DNA of 64,000 nucleotides from an uncultured virus (IMG/VR IMGVR_UViG_3300029305_011402) (Duplodnaviria > Heunggongvirae > Uroviricota > Caudoviricetes). This document shows, piece by piece, positions 1 to 7,870 of the stretch (positions are counted from its first letter, which is position 1; every line of letters starts with the position of its first letter). The notes beneath the pieces were generated by a model. The model did not search any database. It had not been told where the DNA came from and saw nothing but the letters and a program-made list of their open reading frames with translations. A program made the translations under genes and the position numbers. The stretch is from IMG/VR virus record IMGVR_UViG_3300029305_011402; one strand, 5' to 3'.

Positions 1-396
1 TTACACCTCGTCGTTATTTATATCAGTTTCTTCTTTGTCGGGTTTTTGTTCGATAATTTCGCCAATTTTATATAGTCCTGCTCCACCTGCATTTGCAACC
101 AAGCCAACCATACAAATAACTACCATTTCGTCTATTATATTCCTTAGCACTATTGCTAAAACAAAGAATATACACCACATAGACCACGCTGACGGCGATT
201 TTAGATATGCTTTTATCTGTTTCATAAATGGAATACAAGATAATATTGCAAACACTAAAAATAAGCCCGATATTGTAGCAGAGGAACTGTGATTTACCCA
301 AATAGGGAATTGAGATATTGTCGCAACCAATGGACCTGCAACGTCAATCACTACAGACGTTGTTTTACAAATTTTGCCCTTTGTTATGTTTTTCAT
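1..396 (-). CDS. Multi-TM membrane protein, putative holin/lysis-module protein
   Basis: 131 aa, about four hydrophobic segments, charged C-terminus, downstream of tail genes. Confidence 0.45.
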   Translation of the reverse strand: MKNITKGKICKTTSVVIDVAGPLVATISQFPIWVNHSSSATISGLFLVFAILSCIPFMKQIKAYLKSPSAWSMWCIFFVLAIVLRNIIDEMVVICMVGLVANAGGAGLYKIGEIIEQKPDKEETDINNDEV

Positions 397-398
397 AT

Positions 399-1058
399 CT
401 ATTCCTCCGTTGCAGTAATATTTTCTTCCTCAAAAGCACTCTCTGCCTTTTCTTTTACTTCGTCTATAACACCTTTTACAGAATCTGCTATTTCTTTTAA
501 TTTTTTATCTTCATTGATTGTTTTTAAAACGTCTGCATATTTAAGATTTACCAAGTCTTTTACGCCTTGTGGAAGATTTTTTGAGTTAGCATATACTGTT
601 GTTAATATTTCAAGTATTGCTTTTGTTTGCACAACCATTGACGCAACCATTTTATAGTTTTCGTCCTGAGTTCCTGTATAAGACTTTAATTTTTCGTCAA
701 GTTCGTTATAGCCAACAATCAACTCATTTACAACCTTTACAACATCAGATTGAGTATTATTTGTGTTTGTTGTTTGAGTGTTAATATTGCCTAAAGATTT
801 TTTTGTTTTGGTGCTTAATCTTAAAACAAAATAACCAACTACAGCGTCGCCAATAAGTTGCAAAATAACCTTATAATTATCTGCAAACCATTGATAGGCA
901 CGTCCAAAGAAAGTGTTATTTTCTGTTGTTTCTTCCGTAATAACTGTTGACTGCTCTGTTTCTGCGTAACAATAAGAAGTTTTTGGCTTAACAGCCATTG
1001 CTCCAAAAGTAAGCATTAAACTAAAACACGCTGCGAATATTAAAAACTTTTTTTTCAT
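399..1058 (-). CDS. Signal-peptide/membrane coiled-coil phage protein (lysis region)
   Basis: N-terminal MKKKFLIFAAC... signal, one further hydrophobic segment, coiled-coil C-terminus, GGAGG RBS. Confidence 0.5.
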   Translation of the reverse strand: MKKKFLIFAACFSLMLTFGAMAVKPKTSYCYAETEQSTVITEETTENNTFFGRAYQWFADNYKVILQLIGDAVVGYFVLRLSTKTKKSLGNINTQTTNTNNTQSDVVKVVNELIVGYNELDEKLKSYTGTQDENYKMVASMVVQTKAILEILTTVYANSKNLPQGVKDLVNLKYADVLKTINEDKKLKEIADSVKGVIDEVKEKAESAFEEENITATEE

Positions 1059-1069
1059 AAAAAACCTCC

Positions 1070-1525
1070 TTAAGTTATATCGTAGCCGTCAAGCAACTTG
1101 TTTAATTTTGTGGCAAGTTCCGAATATTTCTCTGAAAGATTTTTATAATTTTCTCTTATTGTATTTAATTCGTCCTGAGTTGACGCCCACTTGTTTGAAA
1201 TATCTGTATCGTCTGGACGAATCAAGACTGTATCAAGTTCGCATTTAGTAACAATCATTCTTTCACAATGCCAAGTTGGTACTTTGTGAGAGCCGTTTAA
1301 AATTGTTACTGTTATAGAAATAATTTCTGATTTTAACAAAAATGATAAAGGTACTTCGCAAGTTTTATCAATTATATCTCTGTAAAGCGAATCGTTTTCG
1401 TTTTGAAAAATAACTGTTGCGTTTTTGGGTGCATTTCTAAAGGTTACATACAAAGCGTCTGATACCATTTCTGCATCACGTGTAAGTATTATTCCTGTTT
1501 GATTATTTAATAATTTAACTTCCAT
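1070..1525 (-). CDS. Phage hypothetical protein
   Basis: 151-aa ORF in operon, C-terminal coiled coil. Confidence 0.6.
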   Translation of the reverse strand: MEVKLLNNQTGIILTRDAEMVSDALYVTFRNAPKNATVIFQNENDSLYRDIIDKTCEVPLSFLLKSEIISITVTILNGSHKVPTWHCERMIVTKCELDTVLIRPDDTDISNKWASTQDELNTIRENYKNLSEKYSELATKLNKLLDGYDIT

Positions 1526-1533
1526 ATAGCCAC

Positions 1534-3288
1534 CTATTCAACTGTGCAATTTAATTGACATTTTAAGCCTCTGAGATTTATTTCTCCAACTGCATTATTT
1601 CTTTGGACTGTTACACGAATTGCAACTTTCCAATAACTTACACCCTGTTCTTTAGCATTATTGCTAAATACGTGATTTAAGCGTGATTTTACTGCAGTTG
1701 TAATATCGTCCCATACAGGCAATCTGTCGTTTCTGTTGTTGCACGCCTCGACTTTTAAGATTGACTTGAACGGCATATCTAAATCTAACTCAACATTGAT
1801 TATACTTGGTTTTATCAATATATCTCCTGTTGGAGAATATTCAATTTCTAAAATACCTGCAGCCTTTGTAAAATGTTTCGTTTGAGTTACAGTAGAGCCA
1901 TTATCGTCTATTACAACAATTTTTATGTAATTATCTCCTGCAGGCAATTCTGCCCATTGTTCATTTGTTAGTGAAAGAGTATTTTGTACTCCACTTGCTG
2001 CAGAATATTCTCTTAATAGCGTTGAATTTAGATATTCTTTTACTGTTATGTTAATATCGTCGCCGTCATAAACTGCGTAATTGTAAGAGAAATCGTAAAG
2101 CACTTCGCCTAAATTTGAATTATCGCCCGAAATAAATGGAGGGTAGTTGTCTAAAACAACTCTTGTTTCAGAGGTAGAATAATCTGACTCTAAACCATTT
2201 CCGTCGCTTGCCTTAATTCTGTATTGCAATGTTTGAGTGTCCTGAGTTACGCTGTCAACGTATGTTAATTCGTTTCCTCTATAAATTTCAACAAACGTGC
2301 CGCCGTTTACGCTACGTTCAAGAACATACTCTGACGCATTATTTACTTTTGTCCAAGATATTGCAGCAATACCTCCGACTATTCCACCCGTTTCGTTTGT
2401 TGGCTCGCAATAAATTTCCTCTTGTACGCTAATAGTTGGTGTAGAAATACTTGCCCCACCCTCTCCGAGTTCTAAGACGTAGCAACCGTCCCCGTCAACA
2501 CTTTCAGATACCAGAATATCAGAACTCAAGTTACAAAGCGGACGCACGCCACGGTAACCGCCGCACGCAAAGTTGCCGTTCAAACCACCGCCCGAGCTGA
2601 CGCCGCGAACATAGCACGAGTTCGACGAGTCAGGAGTTCTTAGCCACCAAATGCGTGCTGCTCCTGCAGAAACCGAATAGTCACTATTTGCTGCTGCATA
2701 ATCTGAGACGTATGCAATTCTACAGTCGTTTGTATTAGCACTAAATAGCGAAAGTAAAGAGCCCTCTGTTATGCTGTTTTCTGCCTGTCCAAAAACCTCT
2801 GCTTTCGACGCAAGGAAGAATTTACGTACTATAGTTTCGTAAGAACCTCCGTCTGTTACAGTATTAAGTGCAACTTTTAAGGTTGTGTCCATAAGGGCAG
2901 CAACAAACGCTGTATTAAAACCATTTAAAAAGCCTGCATCATTTGCATAGGCGTTATAATTTGTAACGCTTGTTGAATCGGGTGCTTGGTCTGCATCGTG
3001 TCTTGGAGTGTACCATTGTCCCTCTGCAGCCTCAGAATTTAACCATAAGTCAATGTTTGAAACAGAATATTTATTATTTCCGTTATTTATTCTATTGCTG
3101 TCTGCATTGTTTGGCTCTTTAGCATCAAAACACCTTAGTAATATAATTTTTTCAGTAATCAGAGTCGTTGAGTTTGCAGGGTAATCTGCGTGGTCCTTAT
3201 CTGCCTTAAGAAAAATTATATCTCCCATTTTTGAGTGTGGAATTTTAATTTTGCTGCCAACTGCCAAACTTCCTAATGTAATTGACAT
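1534..3288 (-). CDS. DGR target protein 1: N-terminal DUF6273/C-type-lectin-like variable domain plus Fn3/Ig-like C-terminal domains (probable virion adhesin or receptor-binding protein)
   Basis: WWLRTP...GVRPLCNL motif containing VR1; Fn3-like ISWTKV...YVLERSVNGG...YRIKA; start overlaps the RT stop (TAATG). Confidence 0.88.
   Translation of the reverse strand: MSITLGSLAVGSKIKIPHSKMGDIIFLKADKDHADYPANSTTLITEKIILLRCFDAKEPNNADSNRINNGNNKYSVSNIDLWLNSEAAEGQWYTPRHDADQAPDSTSVTNYNAYANDAGFLNGFNTAFVAALMDTTLKVALNTVTDGGSYETIVRKFFLASKAEVFGQAENSITEGSLLSLFSANTNDCRIAYVSDYAAANSDYSVSAGAARIWWLRTPDSSNSCYVRGVSSGGGLNGNFACGGYRGVRPLCNLSSDILVSESVDGDGCYVLELGEGGASISTPTISVQEEIYCEPTNETGGIVGGIAAISWTKVNNASEYVLERSVNGGTFVEIYRGNELTYVDSVTQDTQTLQYRIKASDGNGLESDYSTSETRVVLDNYPPFISGDNSNLGEVLYDFSYNYAVYDGDDINITVKEYLNSTLLREYSAASGVQNTLSLTNEQWAELPAGDNYIKIVVIDDNGSTVTQTKHFTKAAGILEIEYSPTGDILIKPSIINVELDLDMPFKSILKVEACNNRNDRLPVWDDITTAVKSRLNHVFSNNAKEQGVSYWKVAIRVTVQRNNAVGEINLRGLKCQLNCTVE
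2534..2636 (-). repeat. DGR variable repeat VR1
   Basis: 103-bp ungapped match to TR; 19 mismatches, all at TR adenines on the coding strand (14 A>G, 4 A>T, 1 A>C). Confidence 0.97.
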
Positions 3289-4361
3289 TACTGCTTTTCC
3301 TCCTTTTTGAAAAGACTGTTATATAATTTGTCCATTTTTCTTATTAAATGGTAACAATTTCCACGTTTTGCGTGTCCTTTCCAACTTTGGTATGAACACT
3401 CAATACGCTCTATCGGCAGTTTTCCTTGTTTATTTAAAATATAAAACTTCTTTAGTCTTCTTCTCATTTTTGATTTTGAAGAACGTCTTAACTTACTAAT
3501 AACTTTGCCGCTATCTGTAAGATAAGTGTGGAAACCAAGAAAATCAATTCCGTTCTTAAGGGGAGAAATACAAGTTTTCGAGTTAAGTTCGAGCCCGAGC
3601 CTACTTACTTCCTTAATAATCTCCGTCAGGCAATACTTTAAATATTCCTTGTCCTTGTGTATTAAGTAAAAATCGTCCATATATCTTCCATAAAATTTAA
3701 TTCCTAATTTCTCTTTAATAAAATGGTCCAAATCACTTAAATACAACAGAGCAAAAAGTTGGGAAGATTGATTTCCTATTGGTATTCCTATATTGCCCTC
3801 AGTGCTATCTATAATCATATCAAGAAGATTGAGGGTCTTCGAGCAAGAAAAATATTTACGCAGTTTTTCTTTTAAAATAGTGTGGTTAATGTTATAAAAA
3901 TACTTTCTTATATCGCACTTTAAAACCCACCCGTCTGCAGATTTATTTATAACAAAATACTTTCTCATAAACTTGCTCATTCTTCCTAAGCCGAGTTTAG
4001 TTCCTTTTCCTATTTGAGATGCGTAATTGTCATAGATAAATGTTTTCGAGAGTGTTGGTTCGAGAATATTATCGCATAATGCGTGTTGTACCACTTTGTC
4101 TTTATAACTATTGCTCATAACTATTCTTTCTTTTGGCTCATACACCTTAAACACATTGTATTCTGACAAAGTATACGTTCCTTTTCGCAGTTGCTCTCCA
4201 AGCAACAAAACAGCCTCCATAGCATTTATTTCAAAGTTTATAGCAGCCTGTTTCCAACGTTTGCCGCAACGTGCTTTTTTGTATGCCTTATACATACTTT
4301 CCAATTCAGATGCGTCAATAAAATCTTGCATATAATTAAAACTCCTTACTGCTTTTAGCAT
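3288..4361 (-). CDS. DGR reverse transcriptase
   Basis: 357 aa; RYMDDF catalytic motif, GIPIGNQSSQLFA (DGR-type SQ motif), LKCDIRKYF, DFLGF; no maturase or endonuclease domain; next to TR and avd. Confidence 0.96.
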   Translation of the reverse strand: MLKAVRSFNYMQDFIDASELESMYKAYKKARCGKRWKQAAINFEINAMEAVLLLGEQLRKGTYTLSEYNVFKVYEPKERIVMSNSYKDKVVQHALCDNILEPTLSKTFIYDNYASQIGKGTKLGLGRMSKFMRKYFVINKSADGWVLKCDIRKYFYNINHTILKEKLRKYFSCSKTLNLLDMIIDSTEGNIGIPIGNQSSQLFALLYLSDLDHFIKEKLGIKFYGRYMDDFYLIHKDKEYLKYCLTEIIKEVSRLGLELNSKTCISPLKNGIDFLGFHTYLTDSGKVISKLRRSSKSKMRRRLKKFYILNKQGKLPIERIECSYQSWKGHAKRGNCYHLIRKMDKLYNSLFKKEEKQ

Positions 4362-4486
4362 TGCATATTACGAAGAAGATGCTTGCGTCAGTAATCTTGT
4401 ATTTATCCTTTCGGAAAGGATATGTTCTCCTTTGTTGGTGGAGTGCTGCTTTCGCAATTTGCTACTCGGTCTGACTTTATTCCCAC

Positions 4487-4589
4487 CAAAGCGGACGCAC
4501 GCCATTGTTACCGTTGTACGCATTGTTGTTGTTCAAACTACCGTTCGAGTTGACGTTGCGAACATTGTACGAGTTCGACGAGTTAGGAG
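4487..4589 (-). ncRNA. DGR template repeat (TR)
   Basis: Intergenic between avd and RT. Coding-sense reading PNSSNSYNVRNVNSNGSLNNNNAYNGNNGVRPL has 13 AAY codons. Matches VR1 and VR2 except at adenines. Confidence 0.97.
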
Positions 4590-4612
4590 GTTCAGAACAT
4601 ACCCTATATTTT

Positions 4613-5011
4613 TTAACGTTTTTTATCGTTGTTTCTCCAAGTTGCTGTCATTTTCTTAACTTCAACAACCAACTTTACCCAATAAGCAACTGCTTTTGAG
4701 TCAAGTGTTATACTTTTTAGATTGTACGAGAGTTCAATAAGTGTATTAAGCAATTTGCACAATACAATTACTTTTTGTTGACAATCAAAGCGTCGTTGTC
4801 TTTCTTTAGCATCTGCTAAATTGCACTCGCTTGCTAACACTAAATTTTCATAAATATCAATACAATAATTTTCAATTCTTGCACCTATTGAAAAACGGTA
4901 TTTCTTAGGGAAATTATTTGTATTCGCCGTCTTGTTAAAACTATGGTCCATAAGGTTTTTAGCCTTAACAATTACAGCCATATCGTTTTGAGAACGTTCA
5001 TTTACATTCAT
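4613..5011 (-). CDS. avd: Accessory variability determinant (Avd-like four-helix bundle)
   Basis: 132 aa; FPKKYRFSIGARI...W...EVKKM...W pattern; directly upstream of TR. Confidence 0.88.
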   Translation of the reverse strand: MNVNERSQNDMAVIVKAKNLMDHSFNKTANTNNFPKKYRFSIGARIENYCIDIYENLVLASECNLADAKERQRRFDCQQKVIVLCKLLNTLIELSYNLKSITLDSKAVAYWVKLVVEVKKMTATWRNNDKKR

Positions 5012-5236
5012 TTAACAGTAAATTACTCCATTTGTTAAATTGCAACTTCCTTGCAATAACGTACATTGCGAAAGGTCCTTAAATTCTTTATAAAAAGAAC
5101 TACCGTTTAAAGAACTGTGTATTCCGTCAATTTTCATAGCAGCATTTTTGGCTGCATCAACATTTTCACTAATAACACGCAATGTATTTAATAATTCTAA
5201 TGGAGTTGAAACATTTTTTAACTTTAAATCGCTCAT
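5012..5236 (-). CDS. Small phage protein upstream of the DGR
   Basis: 74-aa ORF with AGGAG RBS, abutting avd. Confidence 0.6.
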   Translation of the reverse strand: MSDLKLKNVSTPLELLNTLRVISENVDAAKNAAMKIDGIHSSLNGSSFYKEFKDLSQCTLLQGSCNLTNGVIYC

Positions 5237-5246
5237 AATTTATCTC

Positions 5247-7853
5247 CTATAAATATAAATCTTGTTTAACGTCTTCAATAATTCTATAAACTTTAACTAT
5301 TGACGGAGTATATGCACCGTCTTTGTCTTGAGTATAAGTTGTGCTTGTTGTTTGAGTAACATAGCCAGGAGTTTCGTCTTCATTGCCATTAAAGGTAACT
5401 CTAATTTTGTTTTGTGTATAGGCTTGCAATGTTAAAGTTTTGTTACTATTGGTTAAATTAATATAAATTTTATTGGTTGCAACTTCAATAAACACACCGA
5501 CAACCTTACCTGTTGAAGAATCTTTATAGGGACTACTTTGTATTACTGTGTTGGTGTGCGTCGCACCAGGCAAATCTCCAATCTTAAATCTAAACCTTTG
5601 ATATTGACCGTAATCGTTATTGCTTTCTACTTGTACCCAATAAACAACTTCTATTGTGTCGTATTGACTAAATGAGTCCTCTATTGTTACTTTTGACGAG
5701 CCTAAGTACCCACTATAAGGATAAGGATTTGCATAAAGTAATTCTTTCTGTTCGATAATAAGAGTTTTAGACTCGTTATTGTTTGTTGTAAGCACTTTAT
5801 TCTTTGATAATGTATCATAAATATTTGAAAAAGCGTTAAATGTTCCGTCTGCATTATTTATCGCATTTGTAGCGTTCTTAATAGATGCATCTTCGTCAAA
5901 ATCTTCTGTTCCTATTTTAGACTTAAATGCTAAACTTCCTAAATCGCTAAAATACCTTTTAATTTTAGAAAAAATTGTTGAATGCGTTTCTCCTGTAGAG
6001 ATGTTTGCTCTTGTTTCTGCAGCATAGTCTTCAAATGTTGTAACACACGCTTTAGAATCTCCTCCTGTATGTGCCAACTTTGTGCCAAGACTATTTGACA
6101 AGCCTGATATTTTTGATTGAGAAATTGTGTTGTCGTCAATTTCAGAATCTGTAATCTTATCTTTAAATGCAATCTTTTTAAGCCTTTTTAGAAGAGCAGA
6201 CAGCCTTCCTATTCTTGTTTTAGAATTTAGCCCTGACGCCAAAACTCTATCAACTTCAGATTGAATGTTTGGGGTTGTTTCCAAAGTTGCCGTAGAGGTT
6301 TGTGCGGTATCTACCGTAGAAGTAACTAAACTGCCGTTGCCGTCTTTTGCCAATTTCTCGTTTAAAGCCTCATTTAAGCCTGTCACTTTGTCCATATCTA
6401 TTTTTTCAATATGTGTAGTGTCGGCTGTATAATAAGCCTTACCAACTCTTACAATAAGTTTTCCTGTAAACTTTTCGTCAGTATAAATTATAATGTCGCC
6501 CGTTGTGGTCACATAGAATAGATTTATACTTTCATATTTGTCGTTAAGGAATTTTCTTAATTCAACACATAATGAATTATCTGTACCCATACCGTGAGTT
6601 GCTGCATTTATAGTAATGTAATAAAGTCCATTTTCGTCAGGGGTTGCACTCCACGAACTATTAAGAATATTAAACACATAACTTGGTATTTCTGTAATTG
6701 TTGGTGCAGTATATATTGCAGCCAAATACCAACCGTCAGCCTCAGAAGATTGTGGAGATGCCCAATAATAATATGTAAATACACGACCTGCATCAGGCAT
6801 TGCATTATCAATTACATTGACAGCATCTGTATTGTCAGGAATATTTCTCCCTGTAGCAGATAATACTTGTTGAGTTAATTTAGCCTTTAATTCTTCATTT
6901 AACACGTCAGGAGAGGAATTATATATAACACCTCTAATTTTTCTTGGAACAACGCCTAATTGCAAACTGTCTATGTCTTCGTTAAGAGATTTCAACGCCA
7001 TTGCAATATCAGGTGCTATGTGTGCAAAATCTGAAACGTCGCCAATATTTTCCTCAATAGTATCAGTTCTTTCCTCTAATGAGTCTAATCTTCCGTCTTG
7101 TATATTCTGTTCCTTTGTATAGGTTGATTTATCAACCTTTTCGTCAAGCAAAGCATCTATTTGCGTTTTTGTGTAACGGTTGTTAATCATTTCCAACAAA
7201 CCACTATTTAACTTGCCTTGAAGTGCATCAGTAACGTTGTCTACAAAGGTTTTAAGTGCTGTACTTGTTGGAGTGTTTTTATTATTTGACGCAAAGCCAT
7301 AACACGAAAAAGTTATTTTTGTTGCAAGCACGCCATTTGCAATATCTGTAATCACGTCAGATAGTTTTTTATTCTCTCCATTGTAGGAATCAGAAATTCC
7401 CACTTCTTCAGCACCTTTGTTTGATTTGATAAGTTCAATGTAGTTTGTTAGTTTTTCGTCTAACGTAGCAATTAGTCTTGCTTTTTCGTTAATTATTTGC
7501 TGCAAAGTAACAAGTTTTTTCTCGTTGCCCACGTCTGCAGCACTTTGGTAGGCAAGTAAAATTGTAGCAAAACTACCGTTCAAGAAAGATGCTGTTAAAT
7601 CTGCTAAAGATTGTATATCTTCGCCTAAATTGTTTATTCCGATATAATCTTGTCCGAATTTACTTAAGCCGTCTTGAATTAAATTTATTTTATCTGCCAA
7701 AAACCTTGCCAACTTGTCGAACCACAATTTTAAATTTGCTGGAGATAGCCCACCAACGCCGTAATTTGATGCAACGTTTGGTCTGTCGGCTAATGCAACA
7801 ACACCTTTTGCTTGTAATTCAACAGGCGTTATGTTTACAAATGTTTTTTTCAT
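5247..7853 (-). CDS. Putative tail fibre/minor structural protein
   Basis: 868 aa after the tail tubular genes; coiled coils, repeated LAFK.KI...D motifs, beta-rich C-terminus. Confidence 0.6.
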   Translation of the reverse strand: MKKTFVNITPVELQAKGVVALADRPNVASNYGVGGLSPANLKLWFDKLARFLADKINLIQDGLSKFGQDYIGINNLGEDIQSLADLTASFLNGSFATILLAYQSAADVGNEKKLVTLQQIINEKARLIATLDEKLTNYIELIKSNKGAEEVGISDSYNGENKKLSDVITDIANGVLATKITFSCYGFASNNKNTPTSTALKTFVDNVTDALQGKLNSGLLEMINNRYTKTQIDALLDEKVDKSTYTKEQNIQDGRLDSLEERTDTIEENIGDVSDFAHIAPDIAMALKSLNEDIDSLQLGVVPRKIRGVIYNSSPDVLNEELKAKLTQQVLSATGRNIPDNTDAVNVIDNAMPDAGRVFTYYYWASPQSSEADGWYLAAIYTAPTITEIPSYVFNILNSSWSATPDENGLYYITINAATHGMGTDNSLCVELRKFLNDKYESINLFYVTTTGDIIIYTDEKFTGKLIVRVGKAYYTADTTHIEKIDMDKVTGLNEALNEKLAKDGNGSLVTSTVDTAQTSTATLETTPNIQSEVDRVLASGLNSKTRIGRLSALLKRLKKIAFKDKITDSEIDDNTISQSKISGLSNSLGTKLAHTGGDSKACVTTFEDYAAETRANISTGETHSTIFSKIKRYFSDLGSLAFKSKIGTEDFDEDASIKNATNAINNADGTFNAFSNIYDTLSKNKVLTTNNNESKTLIIEQKELLYANPYPYSGYLGSSKVTIEDSFSQYDTIEVVYWVQVESNNDYGQYQRFRFKIGDLPGATHTNTVIQSSPYKDSSTGKVVGVFIEVATNKIYINLTNSNKTLTLQAYTQNKIRVTFNGNEDETPGYVTQTTSTTYTQDKDGAYTPSIVKVYRIIEDVKQDLYL

Positions 7854-7870
7854 TTTTGTCGCTCCTGATT

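Noticed and set aside
2490..2533. DGR homing hairpin downstream of VR1 (TTCTGATA..TATCTGAA)
   Set aside because: Short, AT-rich and mismatched, with no clear equivalent after VR2 beyond a shared TCTGATA
3288..4361. RT as group II intron, retron or Abi RT
   Set aside because: Short RT with no maturase or endonuclease domain; avd, TR and adenine-specific VRs identify a DGR
4432..4699. Plus-strand ORFs over the TR
   Set aside because: Antisense shadows of the AAC-rich template and avd; no RBS or recognisable product
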